Assembly (NCBI GenBank): GCA_965208675.1
Contig: OZ242351.1
Coordinates: 3,712,001-3,776,000, forward strand
DNA length: 64,000 bases
Direction: 5' to 3'
From: Candidatus Poribacteria bacterium
GTDB lineage: Bacteria; Poribacteria; WGA-4E; PCPOR2b
Every line of letters starts with the position of its first letter. Position 1 is the first letter of the stretch. The notes below the pieces were generated by a model, which worked only from the letters and a program-made list of their open reading frames with translations, was not told where the DNA came from and searched no databases. Made by a program: the position numbers and the translations under genes. Positions 29,856-39,791 of this stretch are shown here, piece after piece.

Positions 29856-29884
29856 ATTATAACTGTTTCTATGTTTTTTGTCAA
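29856..29884 (-). promoter_or_regulatory. Perfect consensus sigma70 promoter of the helicase operon
   Basis: TTGACA-17 nt-TATAAT on the minus strand, 28 nt before ATG 29827. Confidence 0.85.
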
Positions 29885-30272
29885 TTGGGAAATATGATTG
29901 TGCGTTAGGCAGTGTATGTGCTAGTCTAGCTACCTGTCGGTTTTTACCTAATTTCTGTGGGATTTCGCTTGCGGCTGAACCCAAACTGTGCTAAATTTAA
30001 GACGGTCGCATTAGGCGTAAAATTTGACATTACCTCGAAATACCTGAGCGGTATACCGTGCTGCCTTGGGAAAACGACAGATTGCCTCTTAATCCAGTGA
30101 GAATATTGACTAGTGGTGAGTGACGAATGATTTATGGGGCGTGAACTGCACAAGATAGCGCGAGGAGAGCAAACGGCTCGCCTTTATTTCATTCACAAGT
30201 GGATACCTTGAAAGCTGATTTTTTCCGTACTGCACCTGAAAACTGCTGAAGTAACGAAAGGCGGTGAAACAC

Positions 30273-30695
30273 ATGGACTTTGGCACGTGGTCACCATCAC
30301 ACACAATCCTTGTGCTCGTAATTGTCGTGGCTTTCGTTGGACAAGTCGCGGTTTTGTTCTATCGCACTGCGCAGCTTGAGAAGCGGATGGACAGGCAAAA
30401 CAACGAATTACGACGGCAAGGAGAACATCTAGAGAATCGAATTGACAAACGCATTGATGAAGTCAGAGGTGAAATCAGTGATGTGCGCTCCGAAATTTCA
30501 CATCTGAGAACCGATGTTCAATCCGAAATTGGCGATGTTCGAACTGAAATTCGCTCGGAAATTAGCGATGTGCGCTCCGAAATTGCTAATCTGAGAACCG
30601 ATGTTCAATCTGAAATCAACGATGTGCGAACTGAAATCAGCAAACTCAACCAGAACCACATTGAACACTTGAGGTACCACAACCACAGTGAATAA
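30273..30695 (+). CDS. Membrane-anchored coiled-coil protein with internal 7/11-residue repeats
   Basis: One TM helix, then EISDVRSEISHLRTDVQS / EISDVRSEIANLRTDVQS repeats (87-nt duplicated unit). Confidence 0.75.
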   Translation: MDFGTWSPSHTILVLVIVVAFVGQVAVLFYRTAQLEKRMDRQNNELRRQGEHLENRIDKRIDEVRGEISDVRSEISHLRTDVQSEIGDVRTEIRSEISDVRSEIANLRTDVQSEINDVRTEISKLNQNHIEHLRYHNHSE

Positions 30696-31354
30696 CTTGA
30701 ACGTTGATTTTATGGCTGTTTGGAGAATCACATGAGGCAAAAATTCAAAATCCGCCCGGAATAATTGAGACCATAAAAAACATTAAATTTACGACATGAG
30801 AGAAGAGAAGCGCCTGAATAACGGTTAAAGGGAAAGGACCTACACCTTCCCCGTTCCTGATGAATTGTCTGATTGGACAGAAAAATGTCACTTCCCGTAA
30901 CGTCCCGCCTTTGGAATCGTAAATCCTATCACATCCCTTCATAAAGAAATTAAGATGCACTTCCCTCCTCCTGTTTATGAGCGAAGCTAAGGTGGAACTC
31001 AGTAATTCGTGCGGCTACTCATTGAGTTGCCTAACCCTCAAATGGTATTTCCAAGATATCCGGTCAATATCTGCAAGCCCAGTTCTCGAACCTTTAACCG
31101 CGCATTTAGAGGCATGTTCAAATTTACGTTTAGACGTGCGGCAACTCACGCAGCGAGTCAATGAATACTTTGCACCGCTTCAGCGGAATTTAACACCTGA
31201 ACGCCTACCGCTAGATAATGATTAAATACGAAAAATGCACGTCTATCCAGAAGATCTTATTTTCAGTTTCTTGCACGATCTGGATGCCGGGAGGCGCTGA
31301 ATTTTGGGTGCGTTTTCCGCCGAAACCTGCAAGACTAATTGTGTATAGTTAAAT

Positions 31355-32323
31355 ATGATCAAGAAAGCCTTGTGTATCGGTGAGCTGGTCGTTGATTTTG
31401 TGTCAACAGCATCTGATAAGTCCCTTGCAGAATGCGCAGGGTTCACCAAAGCGCCGGGCGGCGCACCGGCAAATGTCGCCGTTGGGTTGTCTAGACTCGG
31501 ACTAGCGTCGGGTTTCATCGGCAAAGTTGGAGCGGATCCATTCGGAGATTCCCTGCGGAAGACACTCGAGGAAAACGGCGTGGATACATCGTGTCTCTTA
31601 TCGGGGGCTGGTTGCCGCACAACGCTGGCATTTGTTGCGACGCGTTCCGACGGGATGAAGGACATTATCTGTTATCGGAATCCAGGGGCGGATATGCTTC
31701 TCACGCCTGACGAAATTAACGAAACGTACATTCAATCGGCAGATTTGTTTCATTATGGTTCCGTCAGTTTAAGCCATCAGCCGAGCCGCAACGCTACGCT
31801 AAAGGCGATACAGTGCGCAAAGGACGCCGGTGCATTTATTTCCTACGATCCGAATCTGCGGTTGATGCTGTGGGATAGTCCGGCAGATGCCAAACGCTGG
31901 ATTTGGGAAGCCATGCAATATGCGGATGTTGCAAAACTTGCCGAGGAGGAGTGGGAATTTGTGACGGGCACATCGGATTTACAACGCGGCAGTGAACGCG
32001 TTCTAGAAGCCGGTGTGGGTTTAGTCGTCGTGACACGGGGGGAGCACGGCTGTTATTTCAACGACGGTCGGATTCAGGGATATTTGGACGGGTTTCAAGT
32101 TGATGTAGCCGACCCACTTGGTGCAGGTGATGGGTTTGTCGCAGCGATGCTAGCGAAGCTGATGCAGACATTTGGCGCGGGGCGAGCGCCGGTGCAACTC
32201 GCTGCGGTCCAACTCCGCGATATCATGACCTATGCGAATGCGGCTGGCGCATTGAGTACACAGCGGGTGGGCTGTATTCCGGCGCTGCCGACGGCATCGG
32301 AAATTGACGCGTTTTTGAGCTAG
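31355..32323 (+). CDS. PfkB family carbohydrate kinase (fructokinase-like)
   Basis: PGGAPANVA, YDPNLR, D..GAGDGF. Confidence 0.92.
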   Translation: MIKKALCIGELVVDFVSTASDKSLAECAGFTKAPGGAPANVAVGLSRLGLASGFIGKVGADPFGDSLRKTLEENGVDTSCLLSGAGCRTTLAFVATRSDGMKDIICYRNPGADMLLTPDEINETYIQSADLFHYGSVSLSHQPSRNATLKAIQCAKDAGAFISYDPNLRLMLWDSPADAKRWIWEAMQYADVAKLAEEEWEFVTGTSDLQRGSERVLEAGVGLVVVTRGEHGCYFNDGRIQGYLDGFQVDVADPLGAGDGFVAAMLAKLMQTFGAGRAPVQLAAVQLRDIMTYANAAGALSTQRVGCIPALPTASEIDAFLS

Positions 32324-32333
32324 GTTCTTGAGC

Positions 32334-32852
32334 TTACCTGCCGACCTCCCATGCTAGATGTTGCAGTTCTGGGCCGATGAGTTTCTCCCAAGCTAACTGC
32401 ACGGCTGCGGACGAACCCGGCGTCGAGATGACCACCTTCCCGCGGTACACGCCTGCAGTAGCGCGCGAGAGCATGGCTGCGGCGCCTACCTGATCGTAGC
32501 TAAACATCCGAAACAGCTCGCCAAATCCCGGCAAGGTTTTCTCGAGTTTCCGGCTCAAGACGTCAAAGGTATTATCGCGCGGGGCAATCCCGGTTCCGCC
32601 GTTGAACAAAATCACGCGCGCGTCTCCGTCCGCCAACGCATCTAGCACCGCGTTTACCTGTGTTGGTTCGTCCTTAATCAGTTGATACGCTGTTACCGTG
32701 TGCCCGTCTTCTGTCAACTGCTGACGGAGATATGCCGCATTTTTATCGGTTTCCGGGGTTCGTGTGTCACTAACAGTGACAATTGCCACGGGGATGGGAC
32801 CGTGTTCTTCAGCTAATTTTCTGTGTTCTTCAGTGCTTGTTGAAGATGCCAT
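32334..32852 (-). CDS. moaB: Molybdenum cofactor biosynthesis protein MoaB/MogA
   Basis: TVSDTR, GGTG...[20 protein letters not shown]. Confidence 0.9.
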   Translation of the reverse strand: MASSTSTEEHRKLAEEHGPIPVAIVTVSDTRTPETDKNAAYLRQQLTEDGHTVTAYQLIKDEPTQVNAVLDALADGDARVILFNGGTGIAPRDNTFDVLSRKLEKTLPGFGELFRMFSYDQVGAAAMLSRATAGVYRGKVVISTPGSSAAVQLAWEKLIGPELQHLAWEVGR

Positions 32853-32862
32853 TTTTTTCTCC

Positions 32863-32965
32863 GATCAATTGAGCCAATAGCGAGGGAATCATCCGACCGA
32901 ATAGGGAGGACGATATATTTTATAGCCTTCGAAGACTATCGCCCTCCCTATTCGGTCGGTTGATC
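32863..32965. repeat. Three tag copies (two tandem, one inverted) forming a hairpin
   Basis: GATCAATTGAGCCAATAGCGAGGG + AATCATCCGACCGAATAGGGAGGACGATA facing TATCGCCCTCCCTATTCGGTCGGTTGATC. Confidence 0.8.
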
Positions 32966-33712
32966 ACTCTGTGTTATAAACGGCGTCAATAGATCGATTG
33001 GGATTGGGAAGACGAGCGTCGAGTTTTTCTCGGCAGCCACTTCGATGAGGGCTTGTAAGAAGCGAAGTTGGATTCCGGTCGGATTCCTGCTCAATATTGT
33101 CGCCGCCTCTGTTAGCGCTGTGGACGATTCCAACTCGCCCGCGGCGTGCGTCAATTTCGCTCGGCGTTCTCTTTCCGCTTCCGCCTGTTTTGCCATTGCC
33201 CGTTGCATCTCCGCCGGGAGATCGACATGCTTGATTTCCATTGCGAGAACGTGAACCCCCCAGTCTTGGCTGTGTTTTCTGATTATAGCCTCCAAGTCTT
33301 GATTCAGTTTTTCCCGCTCAGACAGGAGTTCATCGAGTTCAGCGCGTCCGAGAACACTTCGAAGCGTTGTCTGTGCTAGTTGGCTGATGGCAAACCCGAA
33401 CTCTTCCACCTCAATGACTGCCTTATCTGCGTCAACGACCCGGAAAGACAGCACTGCATTCACGTTTACCGAGACGTTGTCTCGGGTGATTACGTCTTGA
33501 GGCGTGACATCTTGTACGATGGTACGCAGGCTGACTCGCTGCATCCGCTCAATCCAGAATGGAATCAGCAGAACGAATCCGGGGCCCCGCACGCCGCTTA
33601 AACGTCCGAGCCGAAAAACAACGGCCCGTTCGTACTCTTTGAGAATGCGAACGGAGGTTAGGATAAGCACCAATCCTACAACAATAGCAATACCTATTTC
33701 TATTTGCGGCAT
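32948..33712 (-). CDS. SPFH/stomatin (slipin) family membrane protein
   Basis: [46 protein letters not shown]. Confidence 0.93.
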   Translation of the reverse strand: MPQIEIGIAIVVGLVLILTSVRILKEYERAVVFRLGRLSGVRGPGFVLLIPFWIERMQRVSLRTIVQDVTPQDVITRDNVSVNVNAVLSFRVVDADKAVIEVEEFGFAISQLAQTTLRSVLGRAELDELLSEREKLNQDLEAIIRKHSQDWGVHVLAMEIKHVDLPAEMQRAMAKQAEAERERRAKLTHAAGELESSTALTEAATILSRNPTGIQLRFLQALIEVAAEKNSTLVFPIPIDLLTPFITQSDQPTE

Positions 33713-33849
33713 TTACATCTCCTTGTGTTGAGTTTATGTATTGAAATACGGTGCCAGTGTCCAACGGACAGCAAATGCTAATCATTGGTTGCTTGCTACA
33801 ACTCTTAAGAAGGGGGATAGCACATAATCGTCCAACCTAACCTGTGCGG

Positions 33850-34809
33850 CTATTGTAATCCTTCTTCGGCTTTTCTTGCATATATTGCCCAAAGGACAAA
33901 GCTGGTTGTTTGAAGATTCGCCATTGAACTCTCAAGTTCGATAGGCGTAGCGCTGACAAAACTCCCATCTTCCTGCTGAACGTTCCGCAAATAACCGATA
34001 GCGACCTTGTCGGCATTTAGGGGATCCCCGCCGGCAACTAGTGCAAGGATGGCATAAGCTGTAATTTCAGGATCGCTCGGTTCATTCTTTCGCCTGCCGA
34101 ATCCGCCGTCCTTATTTTGCATCTGTTTTAACCATGCGAGTTGAGTGTCAATGTCGTAGACCAATGCTAATCCTTGCAACACCCATGACGTTACTAGAAT
34201 TTCGGATTTCGCACCTCGCGCCATCGACCAACCGCCGTCTAGATTAATTCGTTTTTCGAGCCAACCGGCGGCTTTCGGTATGGGGGAAAAGTTTTGTTTG
34301 AATTTGAGTCTTCTGAGACCCGCCAAGACGGCGCCTGTGTAGAGGGGGTTTCCGGGTTGGTGCATGCTGCGCCCCCAGCTCCCATCGTCGTTTTGAACCT
34401 CTTTTATCCAATTGAGACCCTTGTATTGAGCCTCTGCATCCGTCCCCGCTTTAGCCAGCGCCATTAGAATAAAAATGGTGTGTGCTGTGTTTCCGTTCCA
34501 ACTACCGTCTTCTTTCTGATGCTTTATCAGGTAGAGCACGCCTCTACGAATTACACTTGAACCCGTTCCCCAACCCTGAAACATCAACGCTTGCATAACA
34601 AGCGCTGTGACCTCAACGTCGCTTTCGCCGCCAGCAATGAGGGGCCAACCGCCATCGGCATTTTGCGCTTGTACCAGATATGACGCCGCAATTTCAGTGG
34701 TCTCAAAGATAGATCGTGCGGCAGCGGCCTCTGTCGCGTCGAGGTTCAGGAGTAGTAGCAACGAAAACAGCCAGAAGCTGAGGAAATGACAACAAAGATG
34801 TTTTTTCAT
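33850..34809 (-). CDS. Secreted prenyltransferase/squalene-cyclase-repeat protein
   Basis: Signal peptide and six Q-N-x-D-G-G/S-W/F (QW-like) repeats; no DxDD motif. Confidence 0.78.
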   Translation of the reverse strand: MKKHLCCHFLSFWLFSLLLLLNLDATEAAAARSIFETTEIAASYLVQAQNADGGWPLIAGGESDVEVTALVMQALMFQGWGTGSSVIRRGVLYLIKHQKEDGSWNGNTAHTIFILMALAKAGTDAEAQYKGLNWIKEVQNDDGSWGRSMHQPGNPLYTGAVLAGLRRLKFKQNFSPIPKAAGWLEKRINLDGGWSMARGAKSEILVTSWVLQGLALVYDIDTQLAWLKQMQNKDGGFGRRKNEPSDPEITAYAILALVAGGDPLNADKVAIGYLRNVQQEDGSFVSATPIELESSMANLQTTSFVLWAIYARKAEEGLQ

Positions 34810-34888
34810 TGGTATTTTTCGAGGAACATCAAACCAAAATCGAATATCCCAGTTCTAACTCGTAATGAGTAATGCGTAATTGATACTC

Positions 34889-35506
34889 TTATCGGCAGGA
34901 TCTCGCTTCGTTTATCGCATCCAAGTAATGTTCACGGTAGTCGATGTCTCTCAACACACGATCGGTATTGACAATGACGTAATGAATGTCGCGCGCATAC
35001 TTTCGAAACAGCGATCTGACACCACCGTTCTCCGGCGGAAGCGCGAGGATGTCGGCGGCGTAACGGCGATCGAAAATTACGGGATGTCCTCGGCGATTGT
35101 TATAGCTCGGCAGCGTAATCCCGCGGTCAGTTTCTGCGTGCGCGTCAACAACCAGATCAATTAGACCGGATGTGATGAACGGTTGATCGACGAGCGTCAG
35201 AGCGAAGGCATCCGCCGATTCGGCAATAGAGCGCACGCCGCACTGCGCAGAGGTCAGCATCCCCAACCGGTAATCGGGATTGAACACAATCTTGACCGGT
35301 TTGTTTTGAATGTGCGATCTAATCCTTTCCGCTTCATGCCCTATTACGACTACGACCTCGTCGAGTTTTGATCCCAGCAGGTTATTGATTACGGTTTCGA
35401 TAATGGTACTTCCCTCGAATGGCAGAAGTTGTTTCGGTTCGCCGATGCGAGTGGATAGCCCGGCTGCGAGGATGATGCCCGAGATTTTGGGGTTCATTTT
35501 TGTCAA
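34889..35506 (-). CDS. Molybdenum cofactor cytidylyltransferase-like nucleotidyltransferase (MocA family)
   Basis: ILAAGLSTR.G.PKQLL, LVDQP, GHPVIF, DID. Confidence 0.85.
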   Translation of the reverse strand: MTKMNPKISGIILAAGLSTRIGEPKQLLPFEGSTIIETVINNLLGSKLDEVVVVIGHEAERIRSHIQNKPVKIVFNPDYRLGMLTSAQCGVRSIAESADAFALTLVDQPFITSGLIDLVVDAHAETDRGITLPSYNNRRGHPVIFDRRYAADILALPPENGGVRSLFRKYARDIHYVIVNTDRVLRDIDYREHYLDAINEARSCR

Positions 35507-35588
35507 ACGCGTGACGTTATGCGGATTAAAGAGGTACGCACCAACGCATCCGCTGTAGGTTTAAAAACGACTCGTCCGTTTTTCAATG

Positions 35589-35617
35589 ATGATACAGGGT
35601 TTAGGCACATAAGTCAA
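35589..35617 (-). promoter_or_regulatory. Sigma70-type promoter
   Basis: TTGACT-17 nt-TATCAT on the minus strand upstream of the MocA-like gene. Confidence 0.6.
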
Positions 35618-35717
35618 TCTGATTTTTTCAACGAAAATTTTCGTTAAAGTTGCTATGACGGCTACAGTTGAAAAGTTTTAAGCGCGATTCAGAGGGTATC
35701 CGCGGCTTATTCACATC

Positions 35718-36144
35718 ATGATTAAGCTGAAGGAACTAGATCTCGACGACAACGACATATCGGATATCACTCCGCTTGCGGGATAAACGAAACTCGAAGA
35801 GGTGGATCTTGATGGGAACGGCATCGTGGACGCATCGCCTTTGGTCGGCTTGACAAGTCTCACGTACGTTATGTGAACCTTGAAGAAAACCCTCTTAATC
35901 AGACGCCGATTGAAAAGCATATTCCTGCGATTGAAGCTTATGGTGCGCGTGTTGACTTTGATTTGACGGCCTTACCTGTGGATCTTAATCATGACGGTAT
36001 GATTGATGTGAAAAACCTTGTGCATGTTGCTACTCGAATCGGGCATGCCTGTCCGAACGAAGCCGATCTCGATGGAGACGCGGTGTCGACGTTCAGGACT
36101 TAGCCTTGGTAGCGCGGGCATTCGGTGCTACGAGCGAAGAGTAA
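35718..36144 (+). pseudogene. Internalin-type LRR plus dockerin-like gene relic
   Basis: LKELDLDDNDISDITPLAG*TKLEEVDLDGNGIVDASPL (in-frame TAA); frameshift to NLEENPLN...DLNHDGMIDVKNLV; second frameshift to VDVQDLALVARAFG. Confidence 0.8.
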
Positions 36145-36317
36145 ATTTCAGGAATCACGCCTGCGAATAACATCATCTACATAGAAAACTGTACCGCAAA
36201 AGCTATTGCCCCCAAAGCGTTAGCGATAATGATAACTTACCTCACCGCGCATTTCGGCAACATCGTTGCCACATACCCGTTCGATGCTAGGGCAAAGGAC
36301 GCAGTGGAAAAGCTCTC

Positions 36318-36384
36318 GTAGGCTGGGTTGAGCGAAAGGCGAAACGCAACGATCAATCGACGGAACGGAGAGCGCTATAGTTTT
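36318..36384 (+). repeat. Complete GTAG-REP followed by a tag
   Basis: GTAGGCTGGGTTGAGCGAAAGGCGAAACGCAAC|GATCAATCGACGGAACGGAGAGCGCTATAGTTTT. Confidence 0.8.
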
Positions 36385-36399
36385 AGAGACCTACCGCTT

Positions 36400-38208
36400 T
36401 TAGGGTTTAAGATTCCACAATAGAATTGTACCGTCATCACTCCCGCTTGCGAGGGTCTGTCCATCAGGGCTAAACGCTACGCTTTCGACGCTACTTGTAT
36501 GCCCTGTGAAGTTGCGGAGTTGCCTGAACGTGCTAGCGTCCCATAGGACGATCTTATTCATATACGTACTTGCAATTCTGTTACCATCAGGACTAAAGAC
36601 GACGTTACCGAACCCCGTGGTTTCGTCTGTGAATGCGCGGACATGTCTTCCAGTGCGTGCATCCCATATACGGATAGTGTCGTACCAACTCGCGCTGGCA
36701 ATTTTTTTTCCATCAGGACTAAATGATATGTTATAGACATCGGACGTGTGCCCGGTAAGCGTACGAACGTGGCTGCCCGTGCGACCATCCGTTAGACGAA
36801 TGGTGTTATCGTGACTACCGTACGCGATAGCTTTTCCATCGGGGCTAAACACCACAGTCGTTACAATGTTCGTATGCCCTTCAAGTATTTTCAGGAGCGC
36901 CGTGGTACCGAAATCCCATAAGCGGATGGCGCCGTCGTAATCACCGCTTACGATAGTTTTCCCATCGGGGTTAAAGGCTAGGGTTCGGACATCTTCCCAA
37001 TGCTCCAATAGGGTGTGTAGGAGTTTACCTGTGCTTGCCTCAAATAAAGAAATGGCGCCGTCATAGCCCCTAAGGGGGACGCCACCACCACATGCGATAG
37101 TTTTTCCATCGGGACTGAAGGCTACGCTCTTGACAGAATTCGTATAGCCATCAAGTGTGCGAAGGTGTTTTCCGGTGTTATCATCCCATAGGCGGATGGT
37201 GTGGTCGTAACTCGCGCTTGCGATGGTCTTTCCATCGGGGCTGAACGTCACGGTTTTGACACTACCCGTATGCCCTTTGAGGGTGTGGCGTTGTCTGACC
37301 GTATTAGCATCCCATAGGATGACCTCATCCATATCGGTACTTACGATTGTGTTTCCATCAGGACTAAAGATTAGATTATCGGCGCCGACTTTATGCCCTG
37401 TAATCGTGTGAAGGTGTTTGCCTGTGTTAATATCCCATAAGCGGACGGTGTAGTCCTCATGCTCTGCTGCACTCGCGAGCGTCTGTCCATCTGGACTGAA
37501 GGCTACGCAATTCACTATACCCGTATGCCCTAAGAGAACTCGGAGCAGTCCGCCGGAGCTTGCGTCCAACAAAACGATGACGCCCTCTATGCTGTCAGTG
37601 TGTTTAGAGTAATAGTGGCCACCTTTTGCAATTGTGTTTCTATCGCGACTGAATGCTACGCTATGGATAAAAGCCGTAGACCCCGCTAGAACCGTAGATT
37701 CTGCGAGCGTGCGGAGGCGGGAGCCTGCACCAACATCCCAGTAGTGGCATGTGCCGTCCTCGCATGCGCTTGCGATGGTTTCACCGTCCGGACTAAACGC
37801 CACGTTATTGATTGTATCCGTACGCGCTACCAGCGTGCTGAAGGGTTCCTCTGTGTCAACATCCCACAAACGTATCGTTTGGTCCTCGCTACCACTTGCG
37901 ATTTTGCGGCCGTCGGGGCTAAATGCCACACTGTTGACACTATCCGAATGCCCGGTGAGGAGGGTAATTTCACGGTATGTCGCCGTGTCATAAAGCCAAA
38001 TTCCGATTGAGGTTGCAACCGCCAGACGCGTGCCGTCTGGAGAATACTGCATGGCCTCTATCTCGCCTTTGCCCAAGCGAAGTTTTGCGCCTTCGGGAAG
38101 ATTGAGACGTGTATAGTCTTCTTGGGCAAGGGTATTCGGTAAGCATAGTGTGGAAACGAAGAGTAGAGTCAATAGAGTGAATTTAATCGGCAGTAATCGG
38201 TTTTTCAA
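36400..38208 (-). CDS. Secreted WD40-repeat protein
   Basis: Signal peptide, LPEGAKLRLGKG cap, about 13 GH...V.FSPDG..IAS.S.D.TIRLWD repeats; TTG 38208 aligns with paralog starts. Confidence 0.93.
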   Translation of the reverse strand: MKNRLLPIKFTLLTLLFVSTLCLPNTLAQEDYTRLNLPEGAKLRLGKGEIEAMQYSPDGTRLAVATSIGIWLYDTATYREITLLTGHSDSVNSVAFSPDGRKIASGSEDQTIRLWDVDTEEPFSTLVARTDTINNVAFSPDGETIASACEDGTCHYWDVGAGSRLRTLAESTVLAGSTAFIHSVAFSRDRNTIAKGGHYYSKHTDSIEGVIVLLDASSGGLLRVLLGHTGIVNCVAFSPDGQTLASAAEHEDYTVRLWDINTGKHLHTITGHKVGADNLIFSPDGNTIVSTDMDEVILWDANTVRQRHTLKGHTGSVKTVTFSPDGKTIASASYDHTIRLWDDNTGKHLRTLDGYTNSVKSVAFSPDGKTIACGGGVPLRGYDGAISLFEASTGKLLHTLLEHWEDVRTLAFNPDGKTIVSGDYDGAIRLWDFGTTALLKILEGHTNIVTTVVFSPDGKAIAYGSHDNTIRLTDGRTGSHVRTLTGHTSDVYNISFSPDGKKIASASWYDTIRIWDARTGRHVRAFTDETTGFGNVVFSPDGNRIASTYMNKIVLWDASTFRQLRNFTGHTSSVESVAFSPDGQTLASGSDDGTILLWNLKP

Positions 38209-38463
38209 GGGAGAATTTCCCTTCAATTGTAGGATTTGTTAGGTATAGCGAAGTGCGGCAATTGGCTCCAAACCTAGTGAAGGCTTGAAAACTATCGCCT
38301 GCGTTGTCGGCTCAATTGATCATTCAACTCAATTTACAAAAACGGGAGACATTTTCATTATTGACCGTAAGTCAATTGGTAAGTCGTCTGTATTGTGTAT
38401 ATGAATTTGCTTATTATATATTAAGTTATACTTAAAAGCAAGAAATTATTTTGAACAGTTGCA

Positions 38464-38496
38464 GAAGCCGAGTTTTCAAGAAAAAACTCGGCTTCT
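38464..38496. repeat. Strong hairpin (REP-like or terminator)
   Basis: GAAGCCGAGTTTT-CAAGAA-AAAACTCGGCTTC, downstream of the minus-strand gene ending at 38569. Confidence 0.6.
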
Positions 38497-38568
38497 CCGG
38501 AATGCACATCATTGTACTTGAAGCACCGCAGTGTGGTTTGCGGCTGAATAGGGTGACTATTTGACGGT

Positions 38569-39459
38569 TCAATTTTGATAAAAGACGGTCCCTGAATGCT
38601 TAGCTAAATCCTCGCCGTTACCGTTTCCTGATTGTGCACCGGTTTCCTCATCGTCGGTTGGAGGTTCCTCTTCCTGAAACGCAAACCGATATTTTCTGTC
38701 CTCATCTGGATGGTCCATTAGGCAGTCAATGTAGGCGTAGGGAAGTTCGGTTTGCCGCTGAATTTCCTCGCGATTCAATCCGCTTTTTATCATACCGATT
38801 ACCTCGTCTTCAACTCGTTTACGCGCCAGGTCGTTTTTGATTTCATCTACATCCACATATTTCTGTTTTGATATTTCCTCAAAGTTTTTGCCTTCCCGCA
38901 GCATAGTTCGGGCATTTTTCGCGCTTCTTTGTTTTATAAGTATTTCTATGTCTGCTAGCATTTGCGCTTTTCTTTCTGCTTCGGCATCCTCTTCTAAGAT
39001 ATCCTGTTCGGCGTGGGAAGCGGGCGGATTGACGTTTTTGACGGCTTGACTTAGCGTTAGCTGCGCTTTCGGAACAAGCGAAACATACTCTTTTGGGCTA
39101 AGGTTTGAAATCATGGAATCTAAGTTGTCATAAGCGGCGTTTAATGCAGTCACAGACTTGGATGCGAGTTGCCGGACACTCTTTTCGCGTTCCTTTATAT
39201 AATTAGCTTGCATTAGCCCATATTGGTTAGCCCATTTTTCTGCGTTGTAACGGCTGTCGTTCGGGTTGACGGTGCAGACGGCTTCCTTCGCCCAGCGGTG
39301 GTCGGCTTTTTGATCGCCGGTTGAACGCTCCGGGTACCGAGCGACGAGCGCGTCTGCGACTTCGGCGGTGCTATAGTCCTGCGCAAACAGCACGAGCCAT
39401 TCAGCGAGTTCGGATTGGGTCTGATGGTACGGGTTTTTGAAGCTTCGCTCTATTTTCAT
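38569..39459 (-). CDS. Hypothetical helical protein with HTH-like segments, possibly of phage origin
   Basis: Long ORF with AAGGA SD; STAEVADAL, GKNFEEISK and GLNREEIQRQTEL HTH-like motifs; acidic tail. Confidence 0.6.
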   Translation of the reverse strand: MKIERSFKNPYHQTQSELAEWLVLFAQDYSTAEVADALVARYPERSTGDQKADHRWAKEAVCTVNPNDSRYNAEKWANQYGLMQANYIKEREKSVRQLASKSVTALNAAYDNLDSMISNLSPKEYVSLVPKAQLTLSQAVKNVNPPASHAEQDILEEDAEAERKAQMLADIEILIKQRSAKNARTMLREGKNFEEISKQKYVDVDEIKNDLARKRVEDEVIGMIKSGLNREEIQRQTELPYAYIDCLMDHPDEDRKYRFAFQEEEPPTDDEETGAQSGNGNGEDLAKHSGTVFYQN

Positions 39460-39791
39460 TTTTTCCTTTCGATAATTTCGTTTTGCTGTATAGGCGGTTT
39501 CGCATTTCGGGAGTTTCAACAATTCACGGTTTGACGTATGTATTTTAACATATTAGGACGAAACGATGCACGGCGCATTGCACACGATGCGAAGCCGTGG
39601 GAAATGCATATTGAAATAGGTACGGCATTGGGTGTAAGGGGACGTAGGTATCGTTAAATATGCTATGCCGACAATCCACACCCTCAAGCTCGTGCTTTGC
39701 AAAGGGGCGGACTCGAGGAATTGAAACTTTACGACTATAATCCGACACTGGACAGAGCTGTTGGTGAGTTTCGTAGCGGAAAACAACGGGT

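Noticed and set aside
33850-34809. Squalene-hopene cyclase
   Set aside because: Only one barrel (319 aa), a signal peptide and no DxDD catalytic motif.
39715-39727. GTTTCAATTCCTC (minus strand) resembling a CRISPR repeat start
   Set aside because: Single occurrence with no array.
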